A stretch of DNA of 64,000 nt from Auanema rhodensis (Eukaryota; Animalia; Nematoda): the NCBI GenBank assembly GCA_964057225.1, contig CAXKVF010000072.1, positions 496,001 through 560,000 on the forward strand, given 5' to 3'. The notes beneath the pieces were generated by a model. That model was not told where the DNA came from, did not search any database, and saw only the letters and a program-made list of their open reading frames with translations. Numbering within the stretch: position 1 is the first letter of the stretch; the number at the start of each line of letters is the position of its first letter. Made by a program: the position numbers and the translations under genes. This document shows, piece by piece, positions 26,231-39,600 of the stretch.

Positions 26231-29200
26231 TATCAAGTGCACATCACGTGTACATTTAATTAGCATAAATTAAAGTTCACGTAAATTTCAAAGTCATGGT
26301 TACCATTAACCAATATCAATAAAAATTTGTTTTTAGACTAATATGGACATGGGGAATCTAATTTTGAAAACCGCATCTCTTTATCTTTCACGTGAAGCGA
26401 GTTACATACCAAGTGCACATCACGTGTACATTTAATTAGCATAAATTAAAGTTCACGTAAATTTCAAAGTCATGGTTACCATGCACCAATATCAATAAAA
26501 ATTTGTTTTTAGACTAATATGGACATGGGGAATCTAATTTTGAAAACCGCATCTCTTTATCTTTCACGTGAAGCGAGTTACATACCAAGTGCACATCACG
26601 TGTACATTTAATTAGCATAAATTAAAGTTCACGTAAATTTCAAAGTCATGGTTACCATGCACCAATATCAATAAAAATTTGTTTTTAGACTAATATGGAC
26701 ATGGGGAATCTAATTTTGAAAACCGCATCTCTTTATCTTTCACGTGAAGCGAGTTACATATCAAGTGCACATCACGTGTACACTTAATTAGCATAAATTA
26801 AAGTTCACGTAAATTTCAAAGTCATGGTTACCATTAACCAATATCAATAAAAATTTGTTTTTAGACTAATATGGACATGGGGAATCTAATTTTGAAAACC
26901 GCATCTCTTTATCTTTCACGTGAAGCGAGTTACATACCAAGTGCACATCACGTGTACATTTAATTAGCATAAATTAAAGTTCACGTAAATTTCAAAGTCA
27001 TGGTTACCATGCACCAATATCAATAAAAATTTGTTTTTAGACTAATATGGACATGGGGAATCTAATTTTGAAAACCGCATCTCTTTATCTTTCACGTGAA
27101 GCGAGTTACATACCAAGTGCACATCACGTGTACATTTAATTAGCATAAATTAAAGTTCACGTAAATTTCAAAGTCATGGTTACCATGAACCAATATCAAT
27201 AAAAATTTGTTTTTAGACTAATATGGACATGGGGAATCTAATTTTGAAAACCGCATCTCTTTATCTTTCACGTGAAGCGAGTTACATACCAAGTGCACAT
27301 CACGTGTACATTTAATTAGCATAAATTAAAGTTCACGTAAATTTCAAAGTCATGGTTACCATGCACCAATATCAATAAAAATTTGTTTTTAGACTAATAT
27401 GGACATGGGGAATCTAATTTTGAAAACCGCATCTCTTTATCTTTCACGTGAAGCGAGTTACATACCAAGTGCACATCACGTGTACATTTAATTAGCATAA
27501 ATTAAAGTTCACGTAAATTTCAAAGTCATGGTTACCATGAACCAATATCAATAAAAATTTGTTTTTAGACTAATATGGACATGGGGAATCTAATTTTGAA
27601 AACCGCATCTCTTTATCTTTCACGTGAAGCGAGTTACATACCAAGTGCACATCACGTGTACATTTAATTAGCATAAATTAAAGTTCACGTAAATTTCAAA
27701 GTCATGGTTACCATGCACCAATATCAATAAAAATTTGTTTTTAGACTAATATGGACATGGGGAATCTAATTTTGAAAACCGCATCTCTTTATCTTGCACG
27801 TGAAGCGAGTTACATACCAAGTGCACATCACGTGTACATTTAATTAGCATAAATTAAAGTTCACGTAAATTTCAAAGTCATGGTTACCATGAACCAATAT
27901 CAATAAAAATTTGTTTTTAGACTAATATGTACATGGGGAATCTAATTTTGAAAACCGCATTTCTTTATCTTTCACGTGAAGCGAGTTACATACCAAGTGC
28001 ACATCACGTGTACATTTAATTAGCATAAATTAAAGTTCACGTAAATTTCAAAGTCATGGTTACCATGCACCAATATCAATAAAAATCTGTTTTTAGACTA
28101 ATATGGACATGGGGAATCTAATTTTGAAAACCGCATCTCTTTATCTTTCACGTGAAGCGAGTTACATACCAAGTGCACATCACGTGTACATTTAATTAGC
28201 ATAAATTAAAGTTCACGTAAATTTCAAAGTCATGGTTACCATGCACCAATATCAATAAAAATTTGTTTTTAGACTAATATGGACATGGGGAATCTAATTT
28301 TGAAAACCGCATCTCTTTATCTTTCACGTGAAGCGAGTTACATATCAAGTGCACATCACGTGTACATTTAATTAGCATAAATTAAAGTTCACGTAAATTT
28401 CAAAGTCATGGTTACCATTAACCAATATCAATAAAAATTTGTTTTTAGACTAATATGGACATGGGGAATCTAATTTTGAAAACCGCATCTCTTTATCTTT
28501 CACGTGAAGCGAGTTACATACCAAGTGCACATCACGTGTACATTTAATTAGCATAAATTAAAGTTCACGTAAATTTCAAAGTCATGGTTACCATGCACCA
28601 ATATCAATAAAAATTTGTTTTTAGACTAATATGGACATGGGGAATCTAATTTTGAAAACCGCATCTCTTTATCTTTCACGTGAAGCGAGTTACATACCAA
28701 GTGCACATCACGTGTACATTTAATTAGCATAAATTAAAGTTCACGTAAATTTCAAAGTCATGGTTACCATGAACCAATATCAATAAAAATTTGTTTTTAG
28801 ACTAATATGGACATGGGGAATCTAATTTTGAAAACCGCATCTCTTTATCTTTCACGTGAAGCGAGTTACATACCAAGTGCACATCACGTGTACATTTAAT
28901 TAGCATAAATTAAAGTTCACGTAAATTTCAAAGTCATGGTTACCATGCACCAATAACAATAAAAATTTGTTTTTAGACTAATATGGACATGGGGAATCTA
29001 ATTTTGAAAACCGCATCTCTTTATCTTCCACGTGAAGCGAGTTACATACCAAGTGCACATCACGTGTACATTTAATTAGCATAAATTAAAGTTCACGTAA
29101 ATTTCAAAGTCATGGTTACCATGAACCAATATCAATAAAAATTTGTTTTTAAACTAATATGGACATGGGGAATCTAATTTTGAAAACCGCATCTCTTTAT

Positions 29201-30102
29201 CTTCCACGTGAAGCGAGTTACATACCAAGTGCACATCACGTGTACATTTAATTAGCATAAATTAAAGTTCACGTAAATTTCAAAGTCATGGTTACCATGA
29301 ACCAATATCAATAAAAATTTGTTTTTAGACTAATATGGACATGGGGAATCAAATTTTGAAAACCGCATCTCTTTATCTTTCACGTGAAGCGAGTTACATA
29401 CCAAGTGCACATCACGTGTACATTTAATTAGCATAAATTAAAGTTCACGTAAATTTCAAAGTCATGGTTACCATGAACCAATATCAATAAAAATTTGTTT
29501 TTAGACTAATATGGACATGGGGAATTTAATTTTGAAAACCGCATCACTTTATCTTTCACGTGAAGCGAGTTACATACCAAGTGCACATCACGTGTACATT
29601 TAATTAGCATAAATTAAAGTTCACGTAAATTTCAAAGTCATGGTTACCATGCACCAATATCAATAAAAATTTGTTTTTAGACTAATATGGACATGGGGAA
29701 TCTAATTTTGAAAACCGCATCTCTTTATATTTCACGTGAAGCGAGTTACATACCAAGTGCACATCACGTGTACATTTAATTAGCATAAATTAAAGTTCAC
29801 GTAAATTTCAAAGTCATGGTTACCATGAACCAATATCAATAAAAATTTGTTTTTAGACTAATATGGACATGGGGAATCTAATTTTGAAAACCGCATCTCT
29901 TTATCTTTCACGTGAAGCGAGTTACATACCAAGTGCACATCACGTGTACATTTAATTAGCATAAATTAAAGTTCACGTAAATTTCAAAGTCATGGTTACC
30001 ATGCACCAATATCAATAAAAATTTGTTTTTAGACTAATATGGACATGGGGAATCTAATTTTGAAAACCGCATCTCTTTATCTTGCACGTGAAGCGAGTTA
30101 CA
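26231..30102. repeat. About 22-monomer block matching 12149-15844
   Basis: Shared order m25C, m158G, m97C, m3T+m77T, m86A+m158C, m106A+m158C, m129A, m128T+m148A, m155A, m158G. The offset changes from 14082 to 14258 because the upstream copy lacks one monomer. Confidence 0.82.
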
Positions 30103-30806
30103 TACCAAGTGCACATCACGTGTACATTTAATTAGCATAAATTAAAGTTCACGTAAATTTCAAAGTCATGGTTACCATGAACCAATATCAATAAAAATTT
30201 GTTTTTAGACTAATATGTACATGGGGAATCTAATTTTGAAAACCGCATTTCTTTATCTTTCACGTGAAGCGAGTTACATACCAAGTGCACATCACGTGTA
30301 CATTTAATTAGCATAAATTAAAGTTCACGTAAATTTCAAAGTCATGGTTACCATGCACCAATATCAATAAAAATTTGTTTTTAGACTAATATGTACATGG
30401 GGAATCTAATTTTGAAAACCGCATTTCTTTATCTTTCACGTGAAGCGAGTTACATACCAAGTGCACATCACGTGTACATTTAATTATCATAAATTAAAGT
30501 TCACGTAAATTTCAAAGTCATGGTTACCATGCACCAATATCAATAAAAATCTGTTTTTAGACTAATATGGACATGGGGAATCTAATTTTGAAAACCGCAT
30601 CTCTTTATCTTTCACGTGAAGCGAGTTACATATCAAGTGCACATCACGTGTACATTTAATTAGCATAAATTAAAGTTCACGTAAATTTCAAAGTCATGGT
30701 TACCATGCACCAATATCAATAAAAATTTGTTTTTAGACTAATATGGACATGGGGAATCTAATTTTGAAAACCGCATCTCTTTATCTTCCACGTGAAGCGA
30801 GTTACA

Positions 30807-33800
30807 TACCAAGTGCACATCACGTGTACATTTAATTAGCATAAATTAAAGTTCACGTAAATTTCAAAGTCATGGTTACCATGAACCAATATCAATAAAA
30901 ATTTGTTTTTAAACTAATATGGACATGGGGAATCTAATTTTGAAAACCGCATCTCTTTATCTTCCACGTGAAGCGAGTTACATACCAAGTGCACATCACG
31001 TGTACATTTAATTAGCATAAATTAAAGTTCACGTAAATTTCAAAGTCATGGTTACCATGAACCAATATCAATAAAAATTTGTTTTTAGACTAATATGGAC
31101 ATGGGGAATCAAATTTTGAAAACCGCATCTCTTTATCTTTCACGTGAAGCGAGTTACATACCAAGTGCACATCACGTGTACATTTAATTAGCATAAATTA
31201 AAGTTCACGTAAATTTCAAAGTCATGGTTACCATGAACCAATATCAATAAAAATTTGTTTTTAGACTAATATGGACATGGGGAATCTAATTTTGAAAACC
31301 GCATCACTTTATCTTTCACGTGAAGCGAGTTACATACCAAGTGCACATCACGTGTACATTTAATTAGCATAAATTAAAGTTCACGTAAATTTCAAAGTCA
31401 TGGTTACCATGCACCAATATCAATAAAAATTTGTTTTTAGACTAATATGGACATGGGGAATCTAATTTTGAAAACCGCATCTCTTTATATTTCACGTGAA
31501 GCGAGTTACATACCAAGTGCACATCACGTGTACATTTAATTAGCATAAATTAAAGTTCACGTAAATTTCAAAGTCATGGTTACCATGAACCAATATCAAT
31601 AAAAATTTGTTTTTAGACTAATATGGACATGGGGAATCTAATTTTGAAAACCGCATCTCTTTATCTTTCACGTGAAGCGAGTTACATACCAAGTGCACAT
31701 CACGTGTACATTTAATTAGCATAAATTAAAGTTCACGTAAATTTCAAAGTCATGGTTACCATGCACCAATATCAATAAAAATTTGTTTTTAGACTAATAT
31801 GGACATGGGGAATCTAATTTTGAAAACCGCATCTCTTTATCTTTCACGTGAAGCGAGTTACATACCAAGTGCACATCACGTGTACATTTAATTAGCATAA
31901 ATTAAAGTTCACGTAAATTTCAAAGTCATGGTTACCATGAACCAATATCAATAAAAATTTGTTTTTAGACTAATATGTACATGGGGAATCTAATTTTGAA
32001 AACCGCATCTCTTTATCTTTCACGTGAAGCGTGTTACATACCAAGTGCACATCACGTGTACAATTAATTAGCATAAATTAAAGTTCACGTAAATTTCAAA
32101 GTCATGGTTACCATGAACCAATATCAATAAAAATTTGTTTTTAGACTAATATGGACATGGGGAATCTAATTTTGAAAACCGCATTTCTTTATCTTTCACG
32201 TGAAGCGAGTTACATACCAAGTGCACATCACGTGTACATTTAATTAGCATAAATTAAAGTTCACGTAAATTTCAAAGTCATGGTTACCATGAACCAATAT
32301 CAATAAAAATTTGTTTTTAGACTAATATGGACATGGGGAATCAAATTTTGAAAACCGCATCTCTTTATCTTTCACGTGAAGCGAGTTACATACCAAGTGC
32401 ACATCACGTGTACATTTAATTAGCATAAATTAAAGTTCACGTAAATTTCAAAGTCATGGTTACCATGAACCAATATCAATAAAAATTTGTTTTTAGACTA
32501 ATATGGACATGGGGAATCTAATTTTGAAAACCGCATCACTTTATCTTTCACGTGAAGCGAGTTACATACCAAGTGCACATCACGTGTTCATTTAATTAGC
32601 ATAAATTAAAGTTCACGTAAATTTCAAAGTCATGGTTACCATGCACCAATATCAATAAAAATTTGTTTTTAGACTAATATGGACATGGGGAATCTAATGT
32701 TGAAAACCGCATCTTTTTATCTTTCACGTGAAGCGAGTTACATACCAAGTGCACATCACGTGTACATTTAATTAGCATAAATTAAAGTTCACGTAAATTT
32801 CAAAGTCATGGTTACCATGAACCAATATCAATAAAAATTTGTTTTTACACTAATATGGACATGGGGAATCTAATTTTGAAAACCGCATCTCTTTATCTTC
32901 CACGTGAAGCGAGTTACATACCAAGTGCACATCACATGTACATTTAATTAGCATAAATTAAAGTTCACGTAAATTTCAAAGTCATGGTTACCATGAACCA
33001 ATATCAATAAAAATTTGTTTTTAGACTAATATGGACATGGGGAATCTAATTTTGAAAACCGCATTTCTTTATCTTTCACGTGAAGCGAGTTACATACCAA
33101 GTGCACATCACGTGTACATTTAATTAGCATAAATTAAAGTTCACGTAAATTTCAAAGTCATGGTTACCATGAACCAATATCAATAAAAATTTGTTTTTTG
33201 ACTAATATGGACATGGGGAATCAAATTTTGAAAACCGCATCTCTTTATCTTTCACGTGAAGCGAGTTACATACCAAGTGCACATCACGTGTACATTTAAT
33301 TAGCATAAATTAAAGTTCACGTAAATTTCAAAGTCATGGTTACCATGAACCAATATCAATAAAAATTTGTTTTTAGACTAATATGGACATGGGGAATCTA
33401 ATTTTGAAAACCGCATCACTTTATCTTTCACGTGAAGCGAGTTACATACCAACTGCACATCACGTGTACATTTAATTAGCATAAATTAAAGTTCACGTAA
33501 ATTTCAAAGTCATGGTTACCATGCACCAATATCAATAAAAATTTGTTTTTAGACTAATATGGACATGGGGAATCTAATGTTGAAAACCGCATCTTTTTAT
33601 CTTTCACGTGAAGCGAGTTACATACCAAGTGCACATCACGTGTACATTTAATTAGCATAAATTAAAGTTCACGTAAATTTCAAAGTCATGGTTACCATGA
33701 ACCAATATCAATAAAAATTTGTTTTTAGACTAATATGGACATGGGGAATCTAATTTTGAAAACCGCATCTCTTCATCTTCCACGTGAAGCGAGTTACATA

Positions 33801-36616
33801 CCAAGTGCACATCACGTGTACATTTAATTAGCATAAATTAAAGTTCACGTAAATTTCAAAGTCATGGTTACCATGAACCAATATCAATACAAATTTGTTT
33901 TTAGACTAATATGGACATGGGGAATCTAATTTTGAAAACCGCATCTCTTTATCTTCCACGTGAAGCGAGTTACATACCAAGTGCACATCACGTGTACATT
34001 TAATTAGCATAAATTAAAGTTCACGTAAATTTCAAAGTCATGGTTACCATGAACCAATATCAATAAAAATTTTTTTTTTAGACTAATATGGACATGGGGA
34101 ATCAAATTTTGAAAACCGCATCTCTTTATCTTTCACGTGAAGCGAGTTACATACCAAGGGCACATCACGTGTACATTTAATTAGCATAAATTAAAGTTCA
34201 CGTAAATTTCAAAGTCATGGTTACCATGAACCAATATCAATAAAAATTTGTTTTTAGACTAATATGGACATGGGGAATCTAATTTTGAAAACCGCATCAC
34301 TTTATCTTTCACGTGAAGCGAGTTACATACCAAGTGCACATCACGTGTACATTTAATTAGCATAAATTAAAGTTCACGTAAATTTCAAAGTCATGGTTAC
34401 CATGCACCAATATCAATAAAAATTTGTTTTTAGACTAATATGGACATGGGGAATCTAATTTTGAAAACCGCATCTCTTTATATTTCACGTGAAGCGAGTT
34501 ACATACCAAGTGCACATCACGTGTACATTTAATTAGCATAAATTAAAGTTCACGTAAATTTCAAAGTCATGGTTACCATGAACCAATATCAATAAAAATT
34601 TGTTTTTAGACTAATATGGACATGGGGAATCTAATTTTGAAAACCGCATCACTTTATCTTTCACGTGAAGCGAGTTACATACCAAGTGCACATCACGTGT
34701 ACATTTAATTAGCATAAATTAAAGTTCACGTAAATTTCAAAGTCATGGTTACCATGAACCAATATCAATAAAAATTTGTTTTTAAACTAATATGGACATG
34801 GGGAATCTAATTTTGAAAACCGCATCTCTTTATCTTCCACGTGAAGCGAGTTACATACCAAGTGCACATCACGTGTACATTTAATTAGCATAAATTAAAG
34901 TTCACGTAAATTTCAAAGTCATGGTTACCATGAACCAATATCAATAAAAATTTGTTTTTAGACTAATATGGACATGGGGAATCAAATTTTGAAAACCGCA
35001 TCTCTTTATCTTTCACGTGAAGCGAGTTACATACCAAGTGCACATCACGTGTACATTTAATTAGCATAAATTAAAGTTCACGTAAATTTCAAAGTCATGG
35101 TTACCATGAACCAATATCAATAAAAATTTGTTTTTAGACTAATATGGACATGGGGAATCAAATTTTGAAAACCGCATCTCTTTATCTTTCACGTGAAGCG
35201 AGTTACATACCAAGTGCACATCACGTGTACATTTAATTAGCATAAATTAAAGTTCACGTAAATTTCAAAGTCATGGTTACCATGAACCAATATCAATAAA
35301 AATTTGTTTTTAGACTAATATGGACATGGGGAATCTAATTTTGAAAACCGCATCACTTTATCTTTCACGTGAAGCGAGTTACATACCAAGTGCACATCAC
35401 GTGTACATTTAATTAGCATAAATTAAAGTTCACGTAAATTTCAAAGTCATGGTTACCATGCACCAATATCAATAAAAATTTGTTTTTAGACTAATATGGA
35501 CATGGGGAATCTAATGTTGAAAACCGCATCTTTTTATCTTTCACGTGAAGCGAGTTACATACCAAGTGCACATCACGTGTACATTTAATTAGCATAAATT
35601 AAAGTTCACGTAAATTTCAAAGTCATGGTTACCATGAACCAATATCAATAAAAATTTGTTTTTAGACTAATATGGACATGGGGAATCTAATTTTGAAAAC
35701 CGCATCTCTTCATCTTCCACGTGAAGCGAGTTACATACCAAGTGCACATCACGTGTACATTTAATTAGCATAAATTAAAGTTCACGTAAATTTCAAAGTC
35801 ATGGTTACCATGAACCAATATCAATAAAAATTTGTTTTTAGACTAATATGGACATGGGGAATCTAATTTTGAAAACCGCATCTCTTTATCTTCCACGTGA
35901 AGCGAGTTACATACCAAGTGCACATCACGTGTACATTTAATTAGCATAAATTAAAGTTCACGTAAATTTCAAAGTCATGGTTACCATGAACCAATATCAA
36001 TAAAAATTTTTTTTTTAGACTAATATGGACATGGGGAATCAAATTTTGAAAACCGCATCTCTTTATCTTTCACGTGAAGCGAGTTACATACCAAGGGCAC
36101 ATCACGTGTACATTTAATTAGCATAAATTAAAGTTCACGTAAATTTCAAAGTCATGGTTACCATGAACCAATATCAATAAAAATTTGTTTTTAGACTAAT
36201 ATGGACATGGGGAATCTAATTTTGAAAACCGCATCACTTTATCTTTCACGTGAAGCGAGTTACATACCAAGTGCACATCACGTGTACATTTAATTAGCAT
36301 AAATTAAAGTTCACGTAAATTTCAAAGTCATGGTTACCATGCACCAATATCAATAAAAATTTGTTTTTAGACTAATATGGACATGGGGAATCTAATTTTG
36401 AAAACCGCATCTCTTTATATTTCACGTGAAGCGAGTTACATACCAAGTGCACATCACGTGTACATTTAATTAGCATAAATTAAAGTTCACGTAAATTTCA
36501 AAGTCATGGTTACCATGAACCAATATCAATAAAAATTTGTTTTTAGACTAATATGGACATGGGGAATCTAATTTTGAAAACCGCATCACTTTATCTTTCA
36601 CGTGAAGCGAGTTACA
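30807..36616. repeat. 22-monomer copy (30807-34679) followed by an internally deleted 11-monomer copy (34680-36616) of the first part of the 35-mer
   Basis: Both start with the m106A+m158C monomer and end with poly-T, m8G+m148A, m155A, m148A. The short copy lacks the m170T, m22T and m106C monomers. Confidence 0.85.
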
Positions 36617-39600
36617 TACCAAGTGCACATCACGTGTACATTTAATTAGCATAAATTAAAGTTCACGTAAATTTCAAAGTCATGGTTACCATGAACCAAT
36701 ATCAATAAAAATTTGTTTTTAAACTAATATGGACATGGGGAATCTAATTTTGAAAACCGCATCTCTTTATCTTCCACGTGAAGCGAGTTACATACCAAGT
36801 GCACATCACGTGTACATTTAATTAGCATAAATTAAAGTTCACGTAAATTTCAAAGTCATGGTTACCATGAACCAATATCAATAAAAATTTGTTTTTAGAC
36901 TAATATGGACATGGGGAATCAAATTTTGAAAACCGCATCTCTTTATCTTTCACGTGAAGCGAGTTACATACCAAGTGCACATCACGTGTACATTTAATTA
37001 GCATAAATTAAAGTTCACGTAAATTTCAAAGTCATGGTTACCATGAACCAATATCAATAAAAATTTGTTTTTAGACTAATATGGACATGGGGAATCTAAT
37101 TTTGAAAACCGCATCACTTTATCTTTCACGTGAAGCGAGTTACATACCAAGTGCACATCACGTGTACATTTAATTAGCATAAATTAAAGTTCACGTAAAT
37201 TTCAAAGTCATGGTTACCATGCACCAATATCAATAAAAATTTGTTTTTAGACTAATATGGACATGGGGAATCTAATTTTGAAAACCGCATCTCTTTATAT
37301 TTCACGTGAAGCGAGTTACATACCAAGTGCACATCACGTGTACATTTAATTAGCATAAATTAAAGTTCACGTAAATTTCAAAGTCATGGTTACCATGAAC
37401 CAATATCAATAAAAATTTGTTTTTAGACTAATATGGACATGGGGAATCTAATTTTGAAAACCGCATCTCTTTATCTTTCACGTGAAGCGAGTTACATACC
37501 AAGTGCACATCACGTGTACATTTAATTAGCATAAATTAAAGTTCACGTAAATTTCAAAGTCATGGTTACCATGCACCAATATCAATAAAAATTTGTTTTT
37601 AGACTAATATGGACATGGGGAATCTAATTTTGAAAACCGCATCTCTTTATCTTTCACGTGAAGCGAGTTACATACCAAGTGCACATCACGTGTACATTTA
37701 ATTAGCATAAATTAAAGTTCACGTAAATTTCAAAGTCATGGTTACCATGAACCAATATCAATAAAAATTTGTTTTTAGACTAATATGTACATGGGGAATC
37801 TAATTTTGAAAACCGCATCTCTTTATCTTTCACGTGAAGCGTGTTACATACCAAGTGCACATCACGTGTACAATTAATTAGCATAAATTAAAGTTCACGT
37901 AAATTTCAAAGTCATGGTTACCATGAACCAATATCAATAAAAATTTGTTTTTAGACTAATATGGACATGGGGAATCTAATTTTGAAAACCGCATTTCTTT
38001 ATCTTTCACGTGAAGCGAGTTACATACCAAGTGCACATCACGTGTACATTTAATTAGCATAAATTAAAGTTCACGTAAATTTCAAAGTCATGGTTACCAT
38101 GAACCAATATCAATAAAAATTTGTTTTTAGACTAATATGGACATGGGGAATCAAATTTTGAAAACCGCATCTCTTTATCTTTCACGTGAAGCGAGTTACA
38201 TACCAAGTGCACATCACGTGTACATTTAATTAGCATAAATTAAAGTTCACGTAAATTTCAAAGTCATGGTTACCATGAACCAATATCAATAAAAATTTGT
38301 TTTTAGACTAATATGGACATGGGGAATCTAATTTTGAAAACCGCATCACTTTATCTTTCACGTGAAGCGAGTTACATACCAAGTGCACATCACGTGTTCA
38401 TTTAATTAGCATAAATTAAAGTTCACGTAAATTTCAAAGTCATGGTTACCATGCACCAATATCAATAAAAATTTGTTTTTAGACTAATATGGACATGGGG
38501 AATCTAATGTTGAAAACCGCATCTTTTTATCTTTCACGTGAAGCGAGTTACATACCAAGTGCACATCACGTGTACATTTAATTAGCATAAATTAAAGTTC
38601 ACGTAAATTTCAAAGTCATGGTTACCATGAACCAATATCAATAAAAATTTGTTTTTACACTAATATGGACATGGGGAATCTAATTTTGAAAACCGCATCT
38701 CTTTATCTTCCACGTGAAGCGAGTTACATACCAAGTGCACATCACATGTACATTTAATTAGCATAAATTAAAGTTCACGTAAATTTCAAAGTCATGGTTA
38801 CCATGAACCAATATCAATAAAAATTTGTTTTTAGACTAATATGGACATGGGGAATCTAATTTTGAAAACCGCATTTCTTTATCTTTCACGTGAAGCGAGT
38901 TACATACCAAGTGCACATCACGTGTACATTTAATTAGCATAAATTAAAGTTCACGTAAATTTCAAAGTCATGGTTACCATGAACCAATATCAATAAAAAT
39001 TTGTTTTTTGACTAATATGGACATGGGGAATCAAATTTTGAAAACCGCATCTCTTTATCTTTCACGTGAAGCGAGTTACATACCAAGTGCACATCACGTG
39101 TACATTTAATTAGCATAAATTAAAGTTCACGTAAATTTCAAAGTCATGGTTACCATGAACCAATATCAATAAAAATTTGTTTTTAGACTAATATGGACAT
39201 GGGGAATCTAATTTTGAAAACCGCATCACTTTATCTTTCACGTGAAGCGAGTTACATACCAAGTGCACATCACGTGTACATTTAATTAGCATAAATTAAA
39301 GTTCACGTAAATTTCAAAGTCATGGTTACCATGCACCAATATCAATAAAAATTTGTTTTTAGACTAATATGGACATGGGGAATCTAATGTTGAAAACCGC
39401 ATCTTTTTATCTTTCACGTGAAGCGAGTTACATACCAAGTGCACATCACGTGTACATTTAATTAGCATAAATTAAAGTTCACGTAAATTTCAAAGTCATG
39501 GTTACCATGAACCAATATCAATAAAAATTTGTTTTTAGACTAATATGGACATGGGGAATCTAATTTTGAAAACCGCATCTCTTCATCTTCCACGTGAAGC

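Noticed and set aside
5634-36617. The same 5810 bp (33-monomer) offset appears in two separate duplications (5634/11444 and 30807/36617), suggesting a fixed 33-mer higher-order repeat
   Set aside because: They decompose differently (25+8 vs 22+11 monomers) and involve different variant strings, so this is treated as coincidence.
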